From the IMG/VR virus record IMGVR_UViG_3300037311_000082: a stretch of 35,744 nt of DNA; one strand, given 5' to 3'. The notes beneath the pieces were generated by a model. It saw nothing but the letters and a program-made list of their open reading frames with translations, did not search any database and had not been told where the DNA came from. Source of the DNA: a virus. Every line of letters starts with the position of its first letter. The first letter of the stretch is position 1. This document shows positions 22,848-32,053 of this stretch, piece by piece. The position numbers were made by a program, and so were the translations under genes.

Positions 22848-25652
22848 TCAGTTCACCTTCAGGTCGCCATACAGGGCGACCACTTCCGTGCGGTGGGGCA
22901 GGTCCATCTCGATGTCGATGGCGCCGTCGCCCCAGCCGGCGCTGTTCACCTCGAACTCGCCCGTGCGCAGCCGCCCCGGGTTGGCCCGGAAGCCGCCGGG
23001 CTCGTTGTAGTCGCTCGGCCGGTCGCCGTTCACCTTCGGCAGCGCGCTCTGGTAGAGCCGCACGGCGAGGTCGCCGAAGCGCTTCTTGTTGCCCGTCGCG
23101 GGCCCCGCCGGGTTGCCGACGACGGGCTCCATGGTCCGGATGCGGCCGACGAAGGCCTCGCCGATGACGAGCCCAGAGCCAGCCGCCGGCACCGTCGCCA
23201 CGAGGGCGAGGCGCTCCTCGAGGGTGAAGTCGTCGACGTAGGCCGTGCGCGTGCTGAAGGACGCCAGCGGCACGTCGACGCCGAGCTTCGCGTAGCTCGC
23301 GCCCATCGGGGCCACGCCGACTACCTCGGCCTGCGTCCACACCGACCCGCTGCCGTTCGCGCAGACGACGGGCAGCTCCTGGAGCAGCACGTTCGAGGCG
23401 TCGAAGAAGCGCAGCACCAGCCGGAGCCAGTTCCGCAGCGACGTGGCCTCCTGCCACCAGGCCCGGCCGCGGTACGTCGCCCCCGGGACCACGGGGAAGT
23501 TCGTGCTGGAGAAGACGGCGCCCGTCGCCACCGCGCCCATGGCAACCCGCAGCGACTGGGTGCCCGTCCGGGCGGCGAGCGCGCTGTTCGTCACCGTGCC
23601 CGTGCCCGTGACGGTCCAGCTTGCGAGGGTGCCGGACTCGAGGCTGTCGTCGGGGACGGCCACGGAGGTGTAGGCCGGGGTCACCACCGTGACCGGCAGG
23701 CCCGTCGACTGGACGCTGCCGTCGGCGTTCAGGACCGTCACGAACCGCCCGCCGAGGTGCAGGAGGTCGCCGGCCACGCCGAGGGCGGCCGTCCGCACCG
23801 CCCAGCCGTCGAGGTGCCGCGTCGCCGTCGTGTCGGCCACGTCCACCGGGGCGGCCGTCGCCGGGTACGGCAGCCGCTCCACGGCCGTCGTCGACACCCG
23901 CGACAGGGCCAGCCACAGCACGTCGCCCTCGGTGGGGTCGAACAGCGGCGCTATGGCGCGCACCGTCGCGTTGAAGGTCTGCCGGGCGAAGGCCACCATG
24001 TCCTTCTGCCGGCTGTAGGTGATCGCCAGCACCAGGCCGGGGCGGTCGGTCTGCGCGTACAGCACCGGCTGCGGCTGGTGGCAGTAGACGAGCCGGTCGA
24101 GCCCGTACCGCGCCAGGTGCTCCGCGAGCGCCGACACCTCGTCGGTCTCGTAGGGCCCGCGCTCCGCGTTGCGCCGCACCGTGAGGAGCTGCTTCCGGTC
24201 CTGCGAGATGAAGAGCACCTCGTTGCCCACCGTCACCGCCATGCGGTCGGCGCAGCGGTCCGCGCTCAGGGGCGTCAGCGTCACGTCGGCCGGCGTCAGC
24301 GCGACCTGCGCGGTCGCCGCCCACACGCCCGCCGAGGTGCCGATGACGAGGCCCTGCTGGCTCACCAGCCACCGGATGGCGGGGGCGTCCTGGGCGTCGA
24401 TCTCCCGGGACAGCGCCGTGCTGTCATCCACGCCCAGCACGAAGTTCGTCGGGTCGCCGATGGCCGAGCCCCAGAAGGCCTGCGGGGCGAACGGGGTGCC
24501 GCCCACCATGAGCCGCTGCTGGTGGAAGCAGCACGCCGCCGGGAAGCCGCGCCCGCCGGGGCCGTAGCTCGTGTTCGGCCCCACCCAGGTCGTGCTCGGC
24601 TGGATGCTCCCCCACGCCGGCGCACCGCCCAGCGGCTCCCACAGGGTCGGGGCGGCCGGCGGTGCCGTCGCCGTGCTGACGTGCGCCTGCAGGCAGCGGT
24701 AGTAGGTGCCCGAGTGCAGGACCACCGTGGGGTAGCTCCACGCGCGCTCCTCGCCCTCGCGGCCGACGGTGTTCTTGGCGACGTCCACGCGGATGCTCGC
24801 GGACTCCGCGACGGCCACCGCCGACACGTCCACGCCGCCGCTCTGGCCGGTCAGGGTGACCCGGTACTTCGTGCCCGACACGAAGGCCACCGTGATCTCG
24901 GCCTCGTTGTTCAGCCAGCGGGATTTCAGTAGCCCGGCCTTGATGGTCTCCCGGACCTCGGCGGTGATCGTCGTGTAGACGAAGGGGACCGGCGCGAGCT
25001 GGCGCCGCCGGATGGTGCCCTGTTCCGGGCGGCGGAACTCCTGGATGGGCTCGCCGTTCACGTACAGGTTGAAGGTGTTGCCGGCCGAGAAGCCGATGAA
25101 GTCGAAGTCCGTGATGCTGTCCTGCTTCGGCGGGCTCAGGGCGTCGCCGAAGACCTGCAGGGGGTACAGCGCCACCGGTACCGGGGTGATCGCCCAGCTC
25201 GCCACGCCGTCGATGCGCATGATGAGCGGCGGCATCCCGGGGGCCGTCAGCGCCAGCAGCCGCCCGCGCTGCGCGTACTGCATCCGCGCGCTCACCGTGA
25301 TGCCGGCCGGCAGCGTCACCGTGTACGGCGACCCGCCGACCATCACGAGGCCCGCGTTCGTCCACCCGCGCACCGTCGTGCCGGAGAACTCCAGCAGCAG
25401 GTCGGGCTCGCCGGGAGCGCCGGCCCGCCAGGGCACGAAGACCACGTCCGGGGCCGGCGTCGCACCGCTCGAGGCGGCGAGGCCCATGTGCTGGGTGCCC
25501 CGGCGGAGGATGCCACCGCCCTGCTGCAGGGCGACCACGTTCTCGGCCAGCCGGCAGGCCCGGCCGTAGCGCTCAAGGTCCGCCCGCGCATCGACCCGCG
25601 GCGACACCTCGCCGCCGGTCAGGTCGCTGATGAGGACCCGGGCCTCGGCCAC
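22848..25652 (-). CDS. Tail tubular protein B-like (934 aa) with an internal CBM4/9-like carbohydrate-binding module
   Basis: The N-terminus (LISDLTGGEVSPRVDARADLERYGRACRLAENVVALQQGGGILRRG) resembles the T7 gp12-type start (L.GGiS.. R.. N.. G.. RP). Residues about 668-813 (DDSLESGTLASWTVTG..TYRGRAWW..SVWTQAEV..AYVDDFTLEE) fit a galactose-binding-like jelly-roll. Confidence 0.7.
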   Translation of the reverse strand: MAEARVLISDLTGGEVSPRVDARADLERYGRACRLAENVVALQQGGGILRRGTQHMGLAASSGATPAPDVVFVPWRAGAPGEPDLLLEFSGTTVRGWTNAGLVMVGGSPYTVTLPAGITVSARMQYAQRGRLLALTAPGMPPLIMRIDGVASWAITPVPVALYPLQVFGDALSPPKQDSITDFDFIGFSAGNTFNLYVNGEPIQEFRRPEQGTIRRRQLAPVPFVYTTITAEVRETIKAGLLKSRWLNNEAEITVAFVSGTKYRVTLTGQSGGVDVSAVAVAESASIRVDVAKNTVGREGEERAWSYPTVVLHSGTYYRCLQAHVSTATAPPAAPTLWEPLGGAPAWGSIQPSTTWVGPNTSYGPGGRGFPAACCFHQQRLMVGGTPFAPQAFWGSAIGDPTNFVLGVDDSTALSREIDAQDAPAIRWLVSQQGLVIGTSAGVWAATAQVALTPADVTLTPLSADRCADRMAVTVGNEVLFISQDRKQLLTVRRNAERGPYETDEVSALAEHLARYGLDRLVYCHQPQPVLYAQTDRPGLVLAITYSRQKDMVAFARQTFNATVRAIAPLFDPTEGDVLWLALSRVSTTAVERLPYPATAAPVDVADTTATRHLDGWAVRTAALGVAGDLLHLGGRFVTVLNADGSVQSTGLPVTVVTPAYTSVAVPDDSLESGTLASWTVTGTGTVTNSALAARTGTQSLRVAMGAVATGAVFSSTNFPVVPGATYRGRAWWQEATSLRNWLRLVLRFFDASNVLLQELPVVCANGSGSVWTQAEVVGVAPMGASYAKLGVDVPLASFSTRTAYVDDFTLEERLALVATVPAAGSGLVIGEAFVGRIRTMEPVVGNPAGPATGNKKRFGDLAVRLYQSALPKVNGDRPSDYNEPGGFRANPGRLRTGEFEVNSAGWGDGAIDIEMDLPHRTEVVALYGDLKVN

Positions 25653-25655
25653 GGG

Positions 25656-26273
25656 TCAGCCCCGGCGGACCGCGATGAGCCGCGACCCGCTGACGCCGTC
25701 GAAGCGCTCGAGCGTGGCCTCCTGCTCGTCCGCGCCCATGACGAGGAACTTGGCCTCCTGGTACAGGGCGCGCATATCGGCCGCCACGGTGCGGCTCTCG
25801 GTGAGCGGGATGGCGAGCTGCGCGGCAAGGTAGGCCGCCAGCGCCTCGTCGAGCAGCACGTCGAAGCTGGTGGTGGGAATGTCGAGGACGTACTCGCAGG
25901 CCAGCGGCGAGTAGTCGGCGAGGATGTTGACGCCCGCCACCTCCCAGCGCAGCACCACGGACGCGCCCACGCCGGCCAGGAACGAGCCCGAGCTGGGGTC
26001 CAGGAGCTTGATGACGCGCAGGCAATTGGCCGGCCGGTCATAGGCGAAGGCGTAGTCGGGGTTCGTCGGCGGGCTCGCCGCCGCCACGAGGGTGGCGTAG
26101 CGCCGCGCGCACTGCGGGGCGCAGTCGCGCAGCACCGCCCGCCGGGCCAGCGGCAGCATGGCCGCCACCGCCCGGCTGGTATCGTCGTCCGGCGTCACGA
26201 GCTGGCCGGAAGTCAAAAGGCCCTCCCCCAGCAGGGAGAGGGCCTTGTTGACGATGTCGAGCTCGGCAGCCAC
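25656..26273 (-). CDS. Tail tubular protein A-like (205 aa)
   Basis: Listed ORF. The N-terminus LDIVNKALSLLGEGLLTS.. is typical of gp11-type adaptors. It lies between the capsid and tubular B genes. Confidence 0.6.
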   Translation of the reverse strand: MAAELDIVNKALSLLGEGLLTSGQLVTPDDDTSRAVAAMLPLARRAVLRDCAPQCARRYATLVAAASPPTNPDYAFAYDRPANCLRVIKLLDPSSGSFLAGVGASVVLRWEVAGVNILADYSPLACEYVLDIPTTSFDVLLDEALAAYLAAQLAIPLTESRTVAADMRALYQEAKFLVMGADEQEATLERFDGVSGSRLIAVRRG

Positions 26274-26276
26274 GGC

Positions 26277-27149
26277 CTACGCCGCGTTGTCGATCTCGAA
26301 GCTGACGACGGCCTCGTCCTCGATGCGGACGGCACCCATGGTCATCTCGTAGTAGATGCGGGTCGAGAACGAGATGCTCGGATCCTCCGCCACGCGGGCG
26401 AAGCGCGAATCCGGCAGGCCGACGCCGATGGCACCCTCCGCCCAGCCGAGGCAGATGGTGCGACCCGCGCCGCCACCGGCGGGCAGCCGCTCCGTGCGGA
26501 TGAAGGTGAAGCCCATGAAGGTGTTGATCTCGCCGGCCACCAGCGCCTTCACGGTGTTGTAGTCGGCCGACGCCACCTCGGTGATCTTCAGGAGGTCGGA
26601 CAGCGCCTTCGCGTTGATCGCGATGTAGCGCTTGTCCGAGACCTCCGCCCGGTCGAGGATGGTCTTCGCCGACCGCAGGGCGTTCAGCGTCATCGCCTGG
26701 CCGGCGCCCGTGAGGACGCGGTTACCGGCGATGAAGGTCGCGGCCGAGCCCGCGCCGTGCTGGCCCGTGGCCGCGGAGCCGTTGGCCGCCGCCGTGATGA
26801 CGTCGTCGATCTGCCGGCCCATCGCGTAGGCGCCTGCCTTCACGGCCTCGCTCTGCGGGTCGATGAGCATGCGCACGACGCTGTCGCGGCCGTAGACCTC
26901 GCCCCAGGCGTAGGGCGTGGCGACAGCGACACGGGTTGAATGCACCACGCCGGAGGTCGGCGTGGCCGCCGTCGGCGAGGCCTTCGCCGTCATCGCGGCG
27001 CCCGTCAGGCGGTTGAAGGTGAACTTCTCGGCCGTCTCGTACTTGACGCGGATGCCGGCGTTGAGGAGCCGGGACTCCTTCTGCTGGCCGAGGTGGTAGA
27101 CGTTGCGCTCGAACTCCTGGACGAGCGCGTCCTGGATACCAGTTGCCAT
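26277..27149 (-). CDS. Major capsid protein (290 aa)
   Basis: Listed ORF with the strongest SD in the window (AAGGAGGGTCCACAC ATG). It follows the scaffold gene. Composition fits an HK97-fold-type capsid protein. Confidence 0.85.
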   Translation of the reverse strand: MATGIQDALVQEFERNVYHLGQQKESRLLNAGIRVKYETAEKFTFNRLTGAAMTAKASPTAATPTSGVVHSTRVAVATPYAWGEVYGRDSVVRMLIDPQSEAVKAGAYAMGRQIDDVITAAANGSAATGQHGAGSAATFIAGNRVLTGAGQAMTLNALRSAKTILDRAEVSDKRYIAINAKALSDLLKITEVASADYNTVKALVAGEINTFMGFTFIRTERLPAGGGAGRTICLGWAEGAIGVGLPDSRFARVAEDPSISFSTRIYYEMTMGAVRIEDEAVVSFEIDNAA

Positions 27150-27327
27150 GTGTGGACCCTCCTTGGGTCATCGCGGTTGCCGTTGAGCGCCGGGGGTCCA
27201 CGGGGGGCCGGCTAGGCGTGTCGCCGCCGTCTGCGCCCGGGTTACCGGGAGTCAGACAGCGGGTCCGCAAGGGGAGGGTCCGCAGTCGGGGGCGATAGTA
27301 CCCCCGGCCGCGGTTTGTACAGTCGCT
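27150..27327 (-). promoter_or_regulatory. Structured 178-nt scaffold-capsid intergenic leader: 16-bp late motif, GC hairpins and an anti-SD element
   Basis: On the minus strand: AGCGACTGTACAAACC (27327-27312), hairpin CGGGGG-N8-CCCCCG, direct repeat GCGGACCC twice, CCCGGTAACCCGGG, and GGACCCTCC (27281-27273), which is complementary to the capsid SD GGAGGGTCC (27162-27154). Confidence 0.5.
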
Positions 27328-28070
27328 CAGGCCCGCAGGAGCGCGGACACGTTCTTCACGGCGGCGTCGAAGCTCTGCCCGGCGACCCGGTTGTCGCCGC
27401 TCAGCACGGCGGCCTTCTTCATCAGCACGCCCTTCTTCTCGTTCATCAGCTCGCCGCGCCGCGGGTCGTACTCGGGCAGCGCCCGCATCTTCTCGTCGAG
27501 CTCCACGAGCTTGGCGTCGATCTGCTGCACGGACATCCCGCCGGCCGGGGCGCCGTCCGGGCGCGTGGTGTCTTCGGTCATGTTGGCTCCGATCTCCTTG
27601 AGCAGTTTGAACACCGCCGACGGACTGCCGTCGAGCTGGTAGCGCGCCGCAGCCCGGCGGATCGCGGCCTGGTCCTGCTCGGACAGCCCCTGCATGGCGC
27701 TCTTCACGCCCGCCAGCTCGCGCTCGGCGGCCTTCTTGGCCTGCGCCTTCGTGAGCCCTAGGGCGTGGTACTCGGCGGCCTTCTGCTGCACCCAGTCCGG
27801 GCCAAGCCCGAGGGCCTCGTCGACCGGCAGCTCGTAGCCCGCGGGGTCGGCCGGCACCTCGCCGCGCACGAAGCCGCGCTTCGTCACGGCCTCCTCGAAG
27901 GCCTTGGTGCTGGCCTCGTCGCCGTCCTTGGGCAGCGCGATGCTGCGGCCCTTGTAGCTGTCGAGGTCGGCGAGCCGCCGCACCAGCGTCGGCAGGTCGG
28001 GGGTCTTCTGGACGAGGTCCAGCGTCTTCAGGTCGTCAGGCAGTGCCTGCGCCCACTCGGGTGCGCTCAT
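27327..28070 (-). CDS. Scaffolding protein (247 aa)
   Basis: Listed ORF. The protein is helical and charged, and sits between the portal and capsid genes. Confidence 0.7.
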   Translation of the reverse strand: MSAPEWAQALPDDLKTLDLVQKTPDLPTLVRRLADLDSYKGRSIALPKDGDEASTKAFEEAVTKRGFVRGEVPADPAGYELPVDEALGLGPDWVQQKAAEYHALGLTKAQAKKAAERELAGVKSAMQGLSEQDQAAIRRAAARYQLDGSPSAVFKLLKEIGANMTEDTTRPDGAPAGGMSVQQIDAKLVELDEKMRALPEYDPRRGELMNEKKGVLMKKAAVLSGDNRVAGQSFDAAVKNVSALLRA

Positions 28071-28245
28071 CTTCCACCTCGCGATAAAGGTCCAACCACT
28101 CCGCGGCGAGGCTGCGGCGCCCGTCGCGCCACGCCAGCTCCACGGCGTTCTCCGGCCGCCGGGGGATACCCACGGCCTCGCGTTCCACGGCCCGCAGCAG
28201 CTCGGGCTCCTGCGTCAGCAGCCGGTGCAGGCGGTACTTATCCAC
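28036..28245 (-). CDS. Hypothetical small protein (69 aa) between portal and scaffold
   Basis: Listed ORF with balanced composition. It overlaps the portal end by 8 nt and the scaffold start by 35 nt. Confidence 0.45.
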   Translation of the reverse strand: MDKYRLHRLLTQEPELLRAVEREAVGIPRRPENAVELAWRDGRRSLAAEWLDLYREVEDERTRVGAGTA

Positions 28246-29917
28246 CGCCCGTCAGCACCGCCATGGCGGCCTCCGGGCCCGCGCCGGCGCCCACGTCGCG
28301 GGCGACCTGGCCGGCCACCAAGGCCTGCTGCTGCTGCGCCTGCTGCGCCTGCGCCTCGGCCCGCGCCGCGCGCATCTCCTCGACCTCCTTGTCGCTGCGC
28401 ACCGCCGACGCCCAGGCGTTCCGGCGCTTCGCGAGTTCTTGGGCGGCGCCGTCGAAGTCCACCCAGTCGAGGACGTCCGGCTGCATTCCGCCGGCCTGCT
28501 GGAGCTGGGCCATCTGCGCCATGTCGCCCACGAACAGCGTGAGCTGCTCGACGCCCTGGGCCTCCTGGGCCTGCTGCAGCGGCGAGGTGTAGCGCACGTC
28601 GATCTGCGCGCCGGACTCCAGCAGCTCCTGCGGGACCGGGGGCAGCGCGCCCTCGCGGTACATGATCCGGAAGCTCCGCTCGACCGCCCACCGCAGCATG
28701 CCGCGGAGGTGGCCGACGGCCTCGCCGAGGATGCGCTGGGCACGCTCCAGCCGCTTCGCGACCTCGTAGGCCGTGGTCCCGCTCTTCACGTCCGAAGGCT
28801 CGCGGATCAGGTCGGCGAAGAACGTCCGCAGGATGCTCGCCCGCAGCTCGTCGACCTTCACGGCCGTGAGGCTGAAGTCGGTGATGTCGTACAGCGGCCG
28901 GAGGTTCGCCAGGTCGCGCACGTAGGTCAGCCCGTTGGGGCCGGTGTCGAGCTTGCCGCCGATGATGTTGTTCTGCGTCGTCATCATGGGGCGGTCGATG
29001 TTCCGCTCCCACGCGGCGAGCTCGAGCCGCTTGGCCTCGTTCAGCGTGCGGATGTCGGGCAGCGCGAGGTGCCCGGGGCCGAAGCCCCACAGGTTCCCCG
29101 ACTGCTGCGACCAGCGGACGATGTAGCGCGGCAGCTCCATGGCGCCGCTCTCGCGGACCAGCTTCTTGTCCCGGCAGTTGACCCACACCGAGGCGTAGGG
29201 CATCGCCGTGTCCTTCGCCGCGCCCTTCGCCACGCCCTCGACGTCGATGTCCGCGAGGTCGCGCGGGTAGACGGCGTGGACGAACTCGATGGGCTCCTCG
29301 GGCTTCGTCTGGGCGATGTCCCGGACCTGGTCGCCGACGTCGTCGCCGAACTGCATGAACCACTGCAGCGCGGTGCGGCGGTACTTGCGGAAGGTGATGG
29401 TGAGCGCCCCGTACTCGTCGGGCAGCGCCGTGATCTCGCGCAGCCACACGGCCTCGAAGTGCAGGCCGTCGAACCGTCCCATGGGGTCGCGCCGCGCCTC
29501 GCACTGCGGCACCGCGTTCCCGAAGGTCGGCAGGTCGGCGTACACCTCCCCCATGACCGGGTAGAAGTTCCCGCGCAGCAGCTCGGCGGCGATGGCCTCC
29601 CCGCACTCCTGCAGCCACTCGACGGCGAGGTCGCTCTCGTTGAGCTTGGCGTCCCGGAAGGCCAGCGACAGCCACGGCGAGGCCGCCGGGGTCAGGCCCG
29701 CCGCGAGGTAGTGCGAGAGGTCCGCGCAGGCCTGCGGGGCCGTGCCGTCGAACAGGTAGGAGGTCCGCGACTCGCCGGGGTACTTCGGGCTCTCGATGCC
29801 CGCCATGCTCGGCCGGATGTAGTTGGCGAGGTCGTCCCACTCGTTCCAGTGGAGCTGCTGCAGCGACTCCGCCCGGCCCTGCAGGGCCATGATCTCCGCC
29901 GCGTTCATGCGCTTCAT
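28238..29917 (-). CDS. Portal (head-to-tail connector) protein, T7 gp8-like (559 aa)
   Basis: Listed ORF with an ATGA overlap with the TerL stop. Size and the Gln/Ala-rich C-terminus fit a portal. It lies between TerL and the scaffold gene. Confidence 0.85.
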   Translation of the reverse strand: MKRMNAAEIMALQGRAESLQQLHWNEWDDLANYIRPSMAGIESPKYPGESRTSYLFDGTAPQACADLSHYLAAGLTPAASPWLSLAFRDAKLNESDLAVEWLQECGEAIAAELLRGNFYPVMGEVYADLPTFGNAVPQCEARRDPMGRFDGLHFEAVWLREITALPDEYGALTITFRKYRRTALQWFMQFGDDVGDQVRDIAQTKPEEPIEFVHAVYPRDLADIDVEGVAKGAAKDTAMPYASVWVNCRDKKLVRESGAMELPRYIVRWSQQSGNLWGFGPGHLALPDIRTLNEAKRLELAAWERNIDRPMMTTQNNIIGGKLDTGPNGLTYVRDLANLRPLYDITDFSLTAVKVDELRASILRTFFADLIREPSDVKSGTTAYEVAKRLERAQRILGEAVGHLRGMLRWAVERSFRIMYREGALPPVPQELLESGAQIDVRYTSPLQQAQEAQGVEQLTLFVGDMAQMAQLQQAGGMQPDVLDWVDFDGAAQELAKRRNAWASAVRSDKEVEEMRAARAEAQAQQAQQQQALVAGQVARDVGAGAGPEAAMAVLTGGG

Positions 29918-31380
29918 CGCCGGGCCCTCGTGACGCCGCCCACGACGCGCACGGTGGCGGCGCCGCGGGCCTGAATCTGTACGCCGAACGAGATGGCCAG
30001 GGCGTCGGCGCGGTCAGGTGACACGCCGAGGTCGGCCTTCATCCGGTCCTTGGGTTGCAGCAGCATCCGGTCGCTGCCGTCGTGCCGGTACTCGATGGCG
30101 AGCAGCTCGCGCTCGAGCATCGGGTCGGCGGGGATGGCGAGGCCGTTGTGCAGGGCCTCGCGGAGCCGCCAGTACATGGTCATGCGCAGGTTGGCGTGCT
30201 TCGGGTCCGGGCTCTTCCCGCCGAAGTTCACGCCGTACACGGGCACGCTGACGATCTGGCTGAGGCGGTCGACGATGGGGCCGCCGACGCCGGTCTCGTC
30301 GACGATGATGGCCTCCGCCCCGTAGCGGCCCGCGGCCTCGACCACGGCGTCGACGAGCCGCATGGACTGCCGCACGTCGGCCCCGGGGATGGTGATCCAC
30401 GGGATGCTGCGGGCGTCCATGCCGCGCCGGAAGCAGAGCACGCTGTCGTCGTCGCCGCCGCGGCTCACGTCCACCGCCAGGATGAGCGGGTCGTCGGTCC
30501 ACGCGTGCGCCTGCCGGGTCATGGCCTGTGACAGCAGGTCGCCCGAGAAGAAGCCGGCCGCCGAGGCGCGTGGCGGCAGGCCGCGGACGCGGACGCGGAC
30601 GAAGTCGCTGTCCTCGCCGTAGTCGGCGATCCACTCGGCGATCTGCCGGGCGTTGGTGCCCGGGACCTGCCGGGAGTCGATGCTCACGAACTCCCAGCGG
30701 TGGCGGAACCGCCCCCAGCAGTCGGCGAAGCGGCCCGTCATCCGCGTCGGGTTGCCGCACACCACCCAGAGGATTTCCGTGTCGGCGTCGGTGAGCGCGC
30801 CCTCGGTCACCTCCCAGATGGCGTCGTCGATGGCGCTGGCCTCGTCATAGACCACCAGCAGGCGCTTCCCGGCGTTGTGCAGGCCGGCGAACGCCTCGGT
30901 GTTCTGGATCGACCACGGAATGGCGTCGATGCGCCAGGTCTGCGGGCTCTCCCGGGACAGCAGCGCCGTGGCCGTCAGCTCGGTGAGGTCGCGCAGCGGC
31001 TCCAGCAGCAGGGCGTGCCACTTGGCGAGCTCGGCCCACGTCTTGGTGCGGAGCTGGTTCTCGGTGTTGGCCGTCACGACGCCCCGCGTGTCGGGCATCG
31101 TGCACATGGCCCACAGGATCAGCCACGCCACATAGGCGGACTTCCCGATGCCGTGGCCGGACGCGATGGCCCGGCGGATCACGTCCTGCCGAGCAGCCCC
31201 CGAGCGGATCGCATCGGCCACCGCCGTGAGTTCCGCGACCTGCCACGGGTGAGGCCCGCTGCGGCCAGCCAGCGCCCCTGTGTTCCACGGGAAACACGCC
31301 AGCACGAATGCCAGCGGGTCCACCGACCATAGCGCCAGCTCGTCGAGGAGCGCGTCATCGACGCGTTCAGCGGCCTGCAT
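29914..31380 (-). CDS. terL: Terminase large subunit (488 aa)
   Basis: Listed ORF 29914..31545, trimmed to MQAAERVDD (ATG 31380). Walker A ASGHGIGKS and Walker B LLVVYDEAS. The C-terminal nuclease-type region includes ILAVDVSRGGDD. Confidence 0.88.
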   Translation of the reverse strand: MQAAERVDDALLDELALWSVDPLAFVLACFPWNTGALAGRSGPHPWQVAELTAVADAIRSGAARQDVIRRAIASGHGIGKSAYVAWLILWAMCTMPDTRGVVTANTENQLRTKTWAELAKWHALLLEPLRDLTELTATALLSRESPQTWRIDAIPWSIQNTEAFAGLHNAGKRLLVVYDEASAIDDAIWEVTEGALTDADTEILWVVCGNPTRMTGRFADCWGRFRHRWEFVSIDSRQVPGTNARQIAEWIADYGEDSDFVRVRVRGLPPRASAAGFFSGDLLSQAMTRQAHAWTDDPLILAVDVSRGGDDDSVLCFRRGMDARSIPWITIPGADVRQSMRLVDAVVEAAGRYGAEAIIVDETGVGGPIVDRLSQIVSVPVYGVNFGGKSPDPKHANLRMTMYWRLREALHNGLAIPADPMLERELLAIEYRHDGSDRMLLQPKDRMKADLGVSPDRADALAISFGVQIQARGAATVRVVGGVTRARR

Positions 31381-31636
31381 TCGCCAACCCCAGGCGGCGA
31401 TCCATCGCGGCCCGCAGCAGCGCGGCGAAGTTCGGCCCGACCTCGGCCTGAATCTCCCGGGGCAGCGTCTTCGCCACCAGCGCGAGGAAGGCGCCCGGGT
31501 GTTCCTTGGCCTGCGTGACGAGGTAGCGCCGGCCGCCGACGTCATCGAGGGCGCCGAGGATCATGGCCCGCGTGTCGGCGGTGAGCTTGTTGGGCGTCCC
31601 CTTCTGGCGCCCGCCCGTCTTGCGGCCCTTGGCCAT
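31367..31636 (-). CDS. Putative small terminase subunit / DNA-binding protein (89 aa)
   Basis: Listed ORF with a basic N-terminus (MAKGRKTGGRQKGTPNKLT). It sits immediately upstream of TerL and overlaps it by 14 nt. Confidence 0.5.
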   Translation of the reverse strand: MAKGRKTGGRQKGTPNKLTADTRAMILGALDDVGGRRYLVTQAKEHPGAFLALVAKTLPREIQAEVGPNFAALLRAAMDRRLGLANAGR

Positions 31637-31656
31637 CTACTCGGGTCCGTTATGGA

Positions 31657-32028
31657 TCAGGCCGCCTTGGCGCGTCGAGCGGCCTTCTGGGCGCCCTCGG
31701 CCGGGTCGGCGGGCGGGATCGGGGGCGGCGGCACGTCGGCGGCGGGGCGCTCGACGGTGGCGGTGCCGAGCTCCTCCACGGACAGGACGAGGCCGGTGAG
31801 GTTGCGGACGTAGACGGTGTCGCCGTACTGGGCCCCGCCGTTGGCGAGGTCGAGGCCGTCGGCGAGGAGGGCCGGGGCGAGGCGGATGTCGCGGGCGGCG
31901 ACGCCGGGCGGGAGCTGGACGGCGGCGAGGCCGTGGGTCAGGCGGGTCCCGCGAGGCAGGCGCAGCGTGGCGCCGTCGACCTCAGCGTGGAAGGTGGGGA
32001 TGCGGGTGACTTCGCCGGCGATGCGCAT
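31657..32028 (-). CDS. Hypothetical protein (123 aa), first gene after the late motif
   Basis: Listed ORF with a beta-rich N-terminal part and a Pro/Ala-rich basic tail. There is no clear SD. Confidence 0.55.
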   Translation of the reverse strand: MRIAGEVTRIPTFHAEVDGATLRLPRGTRLTHGLAAVQLPPGVAARDIRLAPALLADGLDLANGGAQYGDTVYVRNLTGLVLSVEELGTATVERPAADVPPPPIPPADPAEGAQKAARRAKAA

Positions 32029-32053
32029 AGTGGCGGATCATGCGGCCGGGTCG

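Noticed and set aside
31657-32028. 123-aa protein as a dUTPase-like beta-barrel
   Set aside because: There is only a vague pattern resemblance (..LPPGVAARDIRLAP..GLDL..GDTVYVRNLTG..). The conserved dUTPase motifs (RSS, IDxxY/GxR) are absent.
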